A stretch of DNA of 64,000 nt from Bacteroidota bacterium (GTDB lineage: Bacteria; Bacteroidota; Bacteroidia; UBA7662; CANHCV01), in the NCBI GenBank assembly GCA_947459245.1, contig CANHCV010000001.1, positions 25,364 to 89,363 of the forward strand. Reading direction: 5' to 3'. Shown piece by piece: positions 15,658-24,539 of this stretch; within the stretch, counting starts at the first letter, position 1; every line of letters begins with the position of its first letter. Under the pieces are notes generated by a model that worked only from the letters and a program-made list of their open reading frames with translations, did not search any database and was not told where the DNA came from. Made by a program: the position numbers and the translations under genes.

Positions 15658-18080
15658 TCTACCAATACTTCATCCACAAACAACCAAGCCGTTTCCCCAG
15701 CTCCTTGCATTCCATCAGGAATTTTTCCAGGATGCTTCGCAACAATTTTAATGAACCGACCTGAAAGTCCGCCCACATTGATGATGGCCCGTCTTCCCCC
15801 ATCTGCCAATAAATCATCTTTAGTCAGTTCACCCGCCAATTGAAAATTCATTCCATCGGATGAAAGGTAAACTTGAACCACTTTAGGAAGGTGAATCCAT
15901 GAAGCCGTTTCTTCCAAAAAATCTGCCGAAACCCGCTGAATTGGACGGGTGTAACCCATATCCAATGTAGCCTCAAAGTCGTCTTGAAAACCCAACCAAT
16001 CTTTTCCGTACCACGGCAATTTCCCAACGATACCATCCACCAAGGTAAATGCTCCACCGGTAGAATAATTTTTGTGCGGAGGATTTTTAAGACGAACCGA
16101 GCGGCAAGTTGCTTTGCTAAACTCGAAGGCTTGTTCGGCTACGGGGCCGATGCCCATCCCGTTTTGGAACAGTTGTGCCTTCACCGTCATGCTTTCCGAA
16201 ATGGTAATTCCCGTTCTTGAACGATCACTTTGAGTATTTGGATTGCTTCCGTCTACGGTGTAACGCACCTCGGCGCTGGGAACATTGTATTTAAAATTGA
16301 TGTCGAGGGCGCCGAAAGAAGCACTTCTTCCTGGGAACATGGCTACCTCGTACAAAGCCTTGCTGTAATGAACCTTCCAACGATCCAACAATTCCAGGTG
16401 AGCGGTTAAACGACTGCGGAAATGGGTCCATGATTTCTTGGGTAAATCGGTCCAAACCACTTCGGCCAAGGCTCCCATTCTCGGGAAAGCCATGTATTCC
16501 ACCACTTCTGGCTGAGGCATGTATTCGGTCCAAACATTTCCTTGAGCGCCTAAAATGTATTTGGCATCATCGGGATCCAATTCATCAGGAACTGGGTTGT
16601 AACTGTAGGCTTCATCAATGGTGGTATATCCTCCAATGGCGGTGGGTTCGGTGCGTGGATTGCCTTGGTAATGGTCGAAATAACAATGGGATCCCGGACT
16701 CATCACGGCATAGTGTCCTTGTTGGGCGGCCGCAATTCCACCCGATTCGCCTCTCCAACTCATCACCATGGCGTTGGGAGCCAAACCTCCTTCTAAAATT
16801 TCATCCCAACCAATGATTTTCTTCCCTTTTGAATTCAGGTATTTTTCAATGCTTCGAATAAAATAACTTTGAAGTTCATGTTCGTCTTTCAAGCCCTCCC
16901 GTTTCATCACGGCTTGGCAGTTGGGACAACTTTTCCAGCGGTTTTTTGGGCATTCATCGCCTCCAATATGAATAACTTCGGAAGGGAACAGCTGGCACAC
17001 TTCATCCAAAATATCTTTCATGAATTGAATCGTAGAATCTTTGGCGCAGTAAACATCATCGAACACTCCCCAAAGCTGCTGAACTTGATGCGGCCCACCG
17101 TTGCAGGAGTACTCAGGGTAAGCAGCAAGGGCCGCCAAAGAGTGCCCAGGCATTTCGATTTCTGGAACCACCTTGATGTGCCGTTTTGCAGCATAAGCCA
17201 CAACGTCCTTGATTTCTTCCTGGGTATAAAATCCTCCATACCGAACACTGTCGAACCGATGGGGCGTTTCCCGGTAATGTCCAATTAGGGTTCCATCTCG
17301 GTAGGCACCAACTTGGGTGAGTTTGGGGTATTTTTTTATTTCAATGCGCCAACCTTGGTCTTCGGTGAGGTGCCAATGGAACGTATTGAGCTTGTACATG
17401 GCCATTAAATCCACGTACTTTTTGATGAAGGAAACGGGGAAAAAGTGGCGTCCAACGTCCAAATGCATTCCCCGCCAAGCGAACCTGGGTTGATCTTCAA
17501 TGCGGCAGGCGGGAATGGATTTCATCCCTTCCAAAGGAATCATTTGTAAGATGGTTTGAAGTCCGTAAAAAACACCGGCATCGGTTCCAATGATTCGAAT
17601 TTGTTGTTGGTTAACGGTTAACTTGTAGTGATCGTCGTTCCCACCCGACGTTTCCAAGAAAATTCCGTGTCCCGTAAGTTGATCTCCTTGAACAATGGGC
17701 AACTTGATCCCATGGGTGGTATAAAGGAACTGATTGAATACTTCGGCATTGGCGATGCCTTGGGCAGAATTTGCTTTGATGATGGTGGATCGATCAAAAA
17801 CAAAATTCTTGGATTTTACGGGAGCGTAAAAATTGGGTTGTGGAATAACGGGAATGGATGAAGGAAGCTGATTGGCAACTTTACGCACGCGAACAACGGG
17901 ATCGCGATGACCTCTACCCCGTCCTCTTTTTCTTCGAACGGCTTTTGATTTCCTTCCTTTTCTGCGTTTCGAAACCGATGATTGGGACGATTTGGAACGG
18001 CGTTTACGTCGAGCTGCTTCCGATTCTTGAAAAGGAGAAAGGAGTAAAAAAGCGAGAAAGAAAAGAAGTATTTTTTTCAT
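15654..18080 (-). CDS. GH20 beta-N-acetylhexosaminidase (secreted), with an N-terminal polybasic segment and a C-terminal accessory domain
   Basis: Signal peptide MKKILLFFLAFLLL. GH20 catalytic motifs HWHLTEDQGWR and HIGGDE. An Arg/Lys-rich ~40-aa stretch lies directly after the signal peptide. Confidence 0.85.
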   Translation of the reverse strand: MKKILLFFLAFLLLSPFQESEAARRKRRSKSSQSSVSKRRKGRKSKAVRRKRGRGRGHRDPVVRVRKVANQLPSSIPVIPQPNFYAPVKSKNFVFDRSTIIKANSAQGIANAEVFNQFLYTTHGIKLPIVQGDQLTGHGIFLETSGGNDDHYKLTVNQQQIRIIGTDAGVFYGLQTILQMIPLEGMKSIPACRIEDQPRFAWRGMHLDVGRHFFPVSFIKKYVDLMAMYKLNTFHWHLTEDQGWRIEIKKYPKLTQVGAYRDGTLIGHYRETPHRFDSVRYGGFYTQEEIKDVVAYAAKRHIKVVPEIEMPGHSLAALAAYPEYSCNGGPHQVQQLWGVFDDVYCAKDSTIQFMKDILDEVCQLFPSEVIHIGGDECPKNRWKSCPNCQAVMKREGLKDEHELQSYFIRSIEKYLNSKGKKIIGWDEILEGGLAPNAMVMSWRGESGGIAAAQQGHYAVMSPGSHCYFDHYQGNPRTEPTAIGGYTTIDEAYSYNPVPDELDPDDAKYILGAQGNVWTEYMPQPEVVEYMAFPRMGALAEVVWTDLPKKSWTHFRSRLTAHLELLDRWKVHYSKALYEVAMFPGRSASFGALDINFKYNVPSAEVRYTVDGSNPNTQSDRSRTGITISESMTVKAQLFQNGMGIGPVAEQAFEFSKATCRSVRLKNPPHKNYSTGGAFTLVDGIVGKLPWYGKDWLGFQDDFEATLDMGYTRPIQRVSADFLEETASWIHLPKVVQVYLSSDGMNFQLAGELTKDDLLADGGRRAIINVGGLSGRFIKIVAKHPGKIPDGMQGAGETAWLFVDEVLVD

Positions 18081-18084
18081 AAAA

Positions 18085-19527
18085 TCAATGAGCCTGAGTC
18101 GTTTCCGAGTCGAATTGAATTCCTTTATTTTTCAAAATTTTCCCTACTTTAAATCCGTAGTAAGCTAAAAACACGAAGCCGAATAGTGGGATCAAGTAAG
18201 AAATATGAATGTTTGCAGCATCGCTGATGATTCCTTGAAAGGGAGGAATCAAGGCTCCACCGAGAATCATCATCACCAAAAGCGAAGAGCCTTGGTTGGT
18301 ATATTTTCCGAGTCCGGCAATGGAAAGAGCGAAAATGCATGGCCACATCACCGAACAGAAAAGTCCGCCAGCGATCAGGCTGTACAACGCCCATTCACCT
18401 TCGAAGAAGGTTCCATAGGCAGTGAGGATAGCGGCTGCAGTACCAAAAACGATCATGGTTCGAACCGGTTTTTCTTGTGCGATGAAATTGGCTGCGATGA
18501 AAACGAGAACCATGGGCCAATAGGCAATGAGGTCGTTCAATTTGGTTTCAACGTGTTCTCCGGCTGCGTTAAAGCGAATGTAGTTTACACCAACAATTAC
18601 GGCAAACGCAGCAATGGGCGCAAGGATCATGGCCAAACGTTTGGTCGCTGGTTTAAAATTGAAAACAGTCATGGCGCCGGTCCAGCGGCCAATCATCAAA
18701 CTACCCCAATACAAGGAAATAAAATGAACCGTTTGCTTATCATCTAACCCCAAAAATCCTTGGGTTTCCATCAACGTAGGAAGGTTCGATTGAATGGTAA
18801 CTTCGGTACCAACGTAAACGAAAATGGCCAACATTCCCCAAACGATTTGAGGATTTTTAAACACTCCCCAATCGCCATCCATTTTCTCTTCATTTCGAAT
18901 TTCTGGCATGTTGGAAAACCAGAGAATTCCAGCAAACAATAGGAACGCTCCGCAAAGAATGAGGTAAGGAAGTTTTACGTTTTCAATTCCTAAATGGGCA
19001 TCAGAACCTCCTATTGAACCAAAAATGGCGTAATTCACCAACAACGGACCAATGGTGGTACCGAACGAGTTCACCCCTCCGGCCAGAGAAACGCGGTGAG
19101 CCCCGGTTGAAGGATCGCCCAAAGCGATGGCCAATGGATTGGCTACAATTTGCTGAAGAGCAAATCCCAAACCCACCACGAAAAGGGACGTGAGCATCAG
19201 GCCAAAGGAATGGAGATTTGCGGCTGGAATAAACCCAACTGCACCCAAGGCCGAGATCGAAAGCCCTAAAACCAATCCTTTTTTGTGGCCAATTTTATTC
19301 AAAGGGTCACCGGAAGAAATGGAAATAAAGAAATAAACCAAAGAACCTAGAAAATAGGCAGAATAGAAAGCCATGTCTACCAATTGGCTTTGGAACTGAC
19401 TGAGGTCGAAATTTTTGCGGAATAGTCCGATCAAAACCGTGTTTGAAGCGGCTACAAAACCCCAAAAGAAGAAGACCATCACCAAGGTATACAAGGCAGG
19501 ATGGGTCTTGCGATGAGTAGATTGCAT
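18085..19527 (-). CDS. MFS sugar transporter, FucP/glucose-galactose (NagP-like) family
   Basis: 12-TM organisation. FucP-family N-terminus (FFFWGFVAASNTVLIGLFRKNF...). Sits upstream of GH20 in the same orientation. Confidence 0.8.
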   Translation of the reverse strand: MQSTHRKTHPALYTLVMVFFFWGFVAASNTVLIGLFRKNFDLSQFQSQLVDMAFYSAYFLGSLVYFFISISSGDPLNKIGHKKGLVLGLSISALGAVGFIPAANLHSFGLMLTSLFVVGLGFALQQIVANPLAIALGDPSTGAHRVSLAGGVNSFGTTIGPLLVNYAIFGSIGGSDAHLGIENVKLPYLILCGAFLLFAGILWFSNMPEIRNEEKMDGDWGVFKNPQIVWGMLAIFVYVGTEVTIQSNLPTLMETQGFLGLDDKQTVHFISLYWGSLMIGRWTGAMTVFNFKPATKRLAMILAPIAAFAVIVGVNYIRFNAAGEHVETKLNDLIAYWPMVLVFIAANFIAQEKPVRTMIVFGTAAAILTAYGTFFEGEWALYSLIAGGLFCSVMWPCIFALSIAGLGKYTNQGSSLLVMMILGGALIPPFQGIISDAANIHISYLIPLFGFVFLAYYGFKVGKILKNKGIQFDSETTQAH

Positions 19528-19558
19528 GAAATTGAATTTGGGCCGAAGCCGGTAAAAC

Positions 19559-20845
19559 TTACGCGAGCATGGTTACCGGATTTTCCAAATAGGCCTTCAA
19601 GGTTTGAAGGAATTCGGAACCGGATGCTCCATCCACCACGCGGTGGTCACAAGATAAGGTAACTTTCATCACTTTGCCAGGCTTCATTTCACCTTTTTCC
19701 ACCACAACGGTTTCTTTGATGGATCCTACTGCGAGGATGCAGGCATCGGGTGGATTGATGATGGCCGTAAACTCTTCAATACCAAACATCCCCAAGTTGG
19801 AAATGGTGAAGGTATTTCCAGTCCAATCGGACGGTTGCAATTTCTTTGATTTTGCTTTTCCTGAAAAGTCTTTTACTTCTGCAGCGATGTGAGAAAGCGA
19901 TTTTCCATCGGCGAAACGAACCACGGGAACCAAAAGTCCTTCTTCCACGGCCATGGCAACACCGATGTTCACGTGGTGGTTGATGCGGATTTTATCGCCC
20001 AACCAAGAAGAATTGATTTTTGGGTGTTTTTTGAGGGCCAAAGCCGAAGCTTTTACCACCATGTCGTTGAAAGAAACTTTCACAGGAGCTACTGCATTGA
20101 TGGCTTCGCGAGCTTTGGCCGCTTGATCCATCCGAATTTCCATGGTTAAGTAGAAATGTGGGGCGGTAAACATGCTTTCTGCCAAACGAGCTGCAATGGT
20201 TTTCCGCATTTGAGAAACGGGGATTTCCTCGAATTTCTCTTCTCCAACGAAGGTCGGCAAAGAAATGGGGGCAGCTGCGGGAGCTTGAGCTTGAGCAGCG
20301 AGTGCAGCAGCTGCATTCGCAGGATTGAAGAAATCGATATCGCGCTTAACGATGCGTCCACCGTCGCCGGAGCCGTTCACCATGCCGATATTGATGCCAC
20401 GTTCCGCAGCCAAACGGCGCGCAAGTGGAGAGGCTTTCAAAAGATCGTCGTTCGCTGAAGCGGCCGCCATTGGAACCGGAGCAGGAGCTGAAGCGGGAAC
20501 TGCCGCTGGAGCAGGAGCAGATTCTGCAACGGGAGCGGGCGCAGGCGTTGGAGCTGCGGGAGCTACAGAAGCAGCTGGAGCTGCGAGTAGAGCTGAAAAA
20601 TCTTCGCCTGGATTTCCGACGACCATCATGGGTGCACCGATGGCGATGGCTTTTCCGGGTTCAGCCACCAAAGCTAAAACGGTTCCTTCGTCGAAGTTTT
20701 CGAACTCCATGGTGGCTTTATCGGTTTCAACCTCGGCAATGATATCGCCAGATTTAATTTTATCACCAACCTTAACCAACCAACTTGCAACCACGCCTTC
20801 CGACATGGTATCGCTCATTTTTCGCATTGAAATAATCTGTGCCAT
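19559..20845 (-). CDS. Pyruvate dehydrogenase complex E2, dihydrolipoyllysine-residue acetyltransferase
   Basis: ATG at 20845 (MAQIISMRKMSDTMSEG). Lipoyl domain AEVETDKATME, Ala/Pro-rich linkers, catalytic C-terminus DHRVVDGA. Confidence 0.9.
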   Translation of the reverse strand: MAQIISMRKMSDTMSEGVVASWLVKVGDKIKSGDIIAEVETDKATMEFENFDEGTVLALVAEPGKAIAIGAPMMVVGNPGEDFSALLAAPAASVAPAAPTPAPAPVAESAPAPAAVPASAPAPVPMAAASANDDLLKASPLARRLAAERGINIGMVNGSGDGGRIVKRDIDFFNPANAAAALAAQAQAPAAAPISLPTFVGEEKFEEIPVSQMRKTIAARLAESMFTAPHFYLTMEIRMDQAAKAREAINAVAPVKVSFNDMVVKASALALKKHPKINSSWLGDKIRINHHVNIGVAMAVEEGLLVPVVRFADGKSLSHIAAEVKDFSGKAKSKKLQPSDWTGNTFTISNLGMFGIEEFTAIINPPDACILAVGSIKETVVVEKGEMKPGKVMKVTLSCDHRVVDGASGSEFLQTLKAYLENPVTMLA

Positions 20846-20864
20846 AACTACTACATGAATTTTG

Positions 20865-20872
20865 CAAAGGTA
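20865..20872 (-). promoter_or_regulatory. -7 element (TACCTTTG) for the E2 gene
   Basis: Reverse complement of CAAAGGTA, ~17 nt upstream of the E2 ATG. Confidence 0.4.
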
Positions 20873-20920
20873 ACCAAAAAGTTCATTGCCATAGCATTTA
20901 AAAACCTCAGGCAAGGGGCA

Positions 20921-20947
20921 TTGTTTGAAGAAAAATTTGTACTTTTG
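20921..20947 (+). promoter_or_regulatory. TTG / TACTTTTG promoter for the E1-beta gene
   Basis: TTG at 20921-20923 and TACTTTTG at 20940-20947, ~18 nt upstream of ATG at 20966. Confidence 0.4.
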
Positions 20948-20965
20948 AGGCAATTTAAAGGAATC

Positions 20966-21949
20966 ATGAGAGAAGTACAATATAGAGAAGCGCTTCGCGA
21001 GGCCATGAGTGAAGAAATGCGCCGCGATCAAACCGTATTTTTAATGGGAGAAGAAGTAGCCGAGTACAACGGAGCTTACAAAGTTTCTCAAGGAATGTTG
21101 GATGAATTTGGAGCGAAACGCGTGATTGATACCCCCATTGCTGAATTAGGATTCACCGGAATTGGCGTGGGTGCTGCCATGAACGGCCTTCGTCCGATTG
21201 TGGAATTCATGACCTTTAACTTTTCCTTGGTTGCCATCGACCAAATCATCAACTCAGCAGCAAAAATGTTGAGCATGTCGGGCGGGCAGTTTCCAATACC
21301 CATTGTTTTTCGCGGGCCTTCCGGTTCTGCAGGCACGTTGGGAGCACAACACTCCCAAGTTTTCGAAAGCTGGTACGCCAACTGCCCAGGCTTGAAAGTG
21401 GTTTCTCCTAGCAATCCGGCTGATGCCAAAGGATTATTAAAATCGGCCATTCGCGACAATGATCCAGTGATTTTCATGGAAAGTGAGCAAATGTATGGCG
21501 ACAAAGGAATGATACCAGATGGTGAATATTTGATTCCCATCGGTTTGGCCGACGTGAAGAAGCAAGGTACCGATGTTACCTTGGTTTCCTACAACAAAAT
21601 GATGAAAGTAACGTTGGCTGCTGCCGAAGAATTGGAAAAAGAAGGCATTCATGCCGAGGTTATTGATCTTCGCAGCATTCGCCCCCTCGATACCAAAACC
21701 ATCATCGAATCGGTAAAGAAAACCAATCGTTTGGTGGTTATTGATGAAAGCTGGCCTTTTGGTTCTGTTTCCTCTGAAATCGCCTATTGCGTTCAGAAGG
21801 ATGCTTTCGATTATTTGGATGCTCCCGTTCTTCGCGTAAACGGTTCCGATGTATCCATGCCTTATGCCTTGAATTTAGTAGAAGCCTATTTACCCAGCAT
21901 CGATAAAATTGTAAAGGCAACTAAATCAGTGATGTACTTGGAAAAATAA
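20966..21949 (+). CDS. pdhB: Pyruvate dehydrogenase E1 component beta subunit (transketolase-like)
   Basis: ATG at 20966 (MREVQYREALREAM). Typical E1-beta sequence throughout (VIDTPIAELGFTGIGVGAAMNGLRPIVEFMTFNF). Confidence 0.9.
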   Translation: MREVQYREALREAMSEEMRRDQTVFLMGEEVAEYNGAYKVSQGMLDEFGAKRVIDTPIAELGFTGIGVGAAMNGLRPIVEFMTFNFSLVAIDQIINSAAKMLSMSGGQFPIPIVFRGPSGSAGTLGAQHSQVFESWYANCPGLKVVSPSNPADAKGLLKSAIRDNDPVIFMESEQMYGDKGMIPDGEYLIPIGLADVKKQGTDVTLVSYNKMMKVTLAAAEELEKEGIHAEVIDLRSIRPLDTKTIIESVKKTNRLVVIDESWPFGSVSSEIAYCVQKDAFDYLDAPVLRVNGSDVSMPYALNLVEAYLPSIDKIVKATKSVMYLEK

Positions 21950-21985
21950 AAAAAACTTTTTAAGTTTACTGAAAATAAACTGATT

Positions 21986-22513
21986 ATGAAAAAACTTCTA
22001 TTTCTTTTGATGCCCTTGCTATTTTTGGGAGCGTGCAACAAAAAAACCATTACGGTAGATTACAACTACAACTTCACCACCATTCGTTTTCGGGTTAACC
22101 CCATGACAGCTGGTGTTCAGGCCATCGATCAAAAAACAATTGTTACCAATTTCGATTCGTTTTGTGTTGCAAAAAACATCGATCCCAACAACGTTAACTC
22201 CATTCATCTTTCCAATGCTTATGCCTCTTTAGCAGATTCTACCCAAAATTTCGATGAGTTTGAATCGGCCCGCCTTTTTGTTTCAGCACCCAATCAACCT
22301 GAAATTGAAATCGCCAGCAAAAACCACACGGCCAATGGAAGTAATGTCCTGAACGACTTCATTCTTTCCAATGAAAACTTGTTAGAGTACGTGAAATCGA
22401 ATGAAATAACCGTTCGTATGGAAGGTACGCTTAGGAGCGACATTACCGTGGTAAAGAATGTTTTGTTAAAGGTCGAATTTAGAATCAATGCCGACCTACT
22501 TCAAGTAAAGTAA
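21986..22513 (+). CDS. Hypothetical lipoprotein
   Basis: Lipoprotein signal with lipobox (LLFLGAC). Confidence 0.5.
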   Translation: MKKLLFLLMPLLFLGACNKKTITVDYNYNFTTIRFRVNPMTAGVQAIDQKTIVTNFDSFCVAKNIDPNNVNSIHLSNAYASLADSTQNFDEFESARLFVSAPNQPEIEIASKNHTANGSNVLNDFILSNENLLEYVKSNEITVRMEGTLRSDITVVKNVLLKVEFRINADLLQVK

Positions 22514-22515
22514 CC

Positions 22516-22547
22516 CATAAATGAACCGCCATAGGGCGGTTTTTTTA
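22516..22547 (+). terminator. Rho-independent terminator
   Basis: ACCGCC-ATAG-GGCGGT hairpin followed by TTTTTTT. Confidence 0.7.
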
Positions 22548-22579
22548 TGCCATTGTTTTTCCTTTCGTACCTTTGCAAC

Positions 22580-24067
22580 ATGGCAAAAATTATCAAGAAA
22601 ATCTTGGTCGCTAATCGAGGGGAAATTGCCCTTCGCGTGATGAGAAGCGCCAAAGAAATGGGCATTAAAACCGTTGCTGTTTATTCGGAAGCCGACCGCA
22701 AAGCTCCCCACGTTGTTTATGCAGATGAAGCGGTATTGCTCGGCCCAGCACCTTCTTCTCAAAGTTACCTCAAAGGAGATCGAATCATTGAGGCATGCAT
22801 CAAATTAGGCGTTGATGCCATTCATCCCGGATATGGATTTTTAAGTGAAAATGCAGATTTTGCTCAAGCCGTTGCCGATGCCGGACTCGTTTTTATCGGT
22901 CCGTCGGCACGCAGCATGCAAATGATGGGGAACAAATTAGCTGCGAAACACGCCGTGAAAGATTTCAACATCCCCATGGTTCCCGGTTTGGATGAAGCCA
23001 TTGACGATTTAACCAAAGCAAAAAAAGTTGCTCAAGAAGTGGGCTTTCCCATTTTGATCAAAGCCGCAGCCGGTGGTGGCGGAAAAGGAATGCGAGTGGT
23101 AGAAAAAATAGAAGATTTCGAAGAACAAATGAACCTCGCTGTTTCAGAAGCAACGTCTTCCTTTGGCGATGGATCCGTTTTCATCGAAAAATACATTGGC
23201 GCCCCTCGCCACATTGAAATTCAAGTTCTTGGAGATACCAAAGGAAACGTAGTTTATTTATTCGAACGCGAATGCTCCATTCAACGCAGGCACCAAAAGC
23301 TGGTGGAAGAAGCTCCATCGGCACTTCTTACTCCTGATGTTCGAAAAGCCATGGGAGAAGCTGCCGTACGGGTTGCGAAAGCCTGTCATTACGTTGGAGC
23401 AGGAACCGTAGAGTTTTTATGCGATGAGCATTTGAACTTTTACTTTTTAGAAATGAATACTCGTTTACAGGTGGAACACCCCGTAACCGAAATGATTACC
23501 GGCTTGGATTTGGTACGCGAACAAATTCGAATTGCTGCCGGCGAACCGCTCGGATACTCCCAAGAAGATTTAAGCATTCGTGGTCACGCCATCGAACTGC
23601 GGGTTTGTGCTGAAGATCCAACCAACAATTTCACCCCTGATATTGGGCAGTTAAAAACCTACCGCCGTCCGCAAGGTTATGGCGTACGGGTAGACGATGG
23701 AATGGAGGAAGGCATGGAAATTCCGGTATTCTACGATCCGATGATTTCTAAGTTGGTGGTGTATGGCGCTACTCGGGAAGAGGCCATGGATCGCATGAAG
23801 CGCGCCATTGAAGAATACCAAATTACCGGGGTGGCCACTACCCTCCCCTTTGGAACCTATGTAATGAATCACCCCGCCTTTCGTTCGGGGCAATTCGACA
23901 CCAATTTCATCAAGCACCACTACCGCCCCGAAGATGTTCTTCCGAAAGGAAACGACCAAGAACTCGCCGCCATCTTGTCGGCAACGGAATTGGAGAAAAA
24001 TCAAACTTCCAAAAACAACGCTAACTCACCCTCGAGTGGAATCTCCGCTTGGAAAATGAACCGCTAA
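22580..24067 (+). CDS. accC: Biotin carboxylase (ATP-grasp) subunit of an acyl-CoA/acetyl-CoA carboxylase
   Basis: ATG at 22580 (MAKIIKKILVANRGEIA). ATP-grasp and biotin-carboxylase motifs (GGGGKGMRVV, EMNTRLQVEHPVTE). TACCTTTG -7 element 5 nt upstream. Confidence 0.85.
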   Translation: MAKIIKKILVANRGEIALRVMRSAKEMGIKTVAVYSEADRKAPHVVYADEAVLLGPAPSSQSYLKGDRIIEACIKLGVDAIHPGYGFLSENADFAQAVADAGLVFIGPSARSMQMMGNKLAAKHAVKDFNIPMVPGLDEAIDDLTKAKKVAQEVGFPILIKAAAGGGGKGMRVVEKIEDFEEQMNLAVSEATSSFGDGSVFIEKYIGAPRHIEIQVLGDTKGNVVYLFERECSIQRRHQKLVEEAPSALLTPDVRKAMGEAAVRVAKACHYVGAGTVEFLCDEHLNFYFLEMNTRLQVEHPVTEMITGLDLVREQIRIAAGEPLGYSQEDLSIRGHAIELRVCAEDPTNNFTPDIGQLKTYRRPQGYGVRVDDGMEEGMEIPVFYDPMISKLVVYGATREEAMDRMKRAIEEYQITGVATTLPFGTYVMNHPAFRSGQFDTNFIKHHYRPEDVLPKGNDQELAAILSATELEKNQTSKNNANSPSSGISAWKMNR

Positions 24068-24098
24068 AAAAAAGCCCTCCGAAAATCGGGGGGCTTTT
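24066..24098 (+). terminator. Rho-independent terminator (bidirectional context)
   Basis: AAAAGCCCTCCGAAAATCGGGGGGCTTTTTT. Confidence 0.65.
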
Positions 24099-24101
24099 TT
24101 A

Positions 24102-24452
24102 TTAATCTTCGTCGGATTCTTCTTCATCGGGCTTGTCGCCGTATCCATCCTCTTCTTCATCATCATCCGAAGAGGAGGAAGAATCTCCTTTTTCTTTTTC
24201 AATATCTACGGTATTGAGATCATCCAAAGCCAGTTCTTCCTCGATTTGCTGACGGGTAACCAGTTTTACCTTTACCAAATATTCGGTATCGTCGGTTTCA
24301 ATGGGAAGGGCAACAATTAAATCACCTTTGGTATTATTGTAACGAACCAAATTAGTAGCTTGGTCGTACCCGTTGGGATAATTCTTTTCAATGATCTCTA
24401 ATACCTCTGCAGAAGCGTTACTAATATCAACAATGGATTTCTTTTTTGCCAT
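24102..24452 (-). CDS. Small hypothetical protein with a poly-acidic/Ser C-terminal tail
   Basis: C-terminal tail DSSSSSDDDEEEDGYGDKPDEEESDED. Last gene of the minus-strand HK-RluA-ABC cluster. Confidence 0.45.
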   Translation of the reverse strand: MAKKKSIVDISNASAEVLEIIEKNYPNGYDQATNLVRYNNTKGDLIVALPIETDDTEYLVKVKLVTRQQIEEELALDDLNTVDIEKEKGDSSSSSDDDEEEDGYGDKPDEEESDED

Positions 24453-24539
24453 AAACGATGGTGCTATTTCAATTCGAGGGTAAAACTATCAAAAACCGAC
24501 AAATTCCAAAAAAATTTTGGCATCTTTTTTTTGAAACAT

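Noticed and set aside
20325-20858. 177-aa and 105-aa plus-strand ORFs rich in Ala/Gly/Arg overlapping the E2 gene
   Set aside because: They lie antisense to, or out of frame with, the Ala/Pro-rich linker-coding region of the PDH E2 gene. They are composition artefacts, not independent genes.
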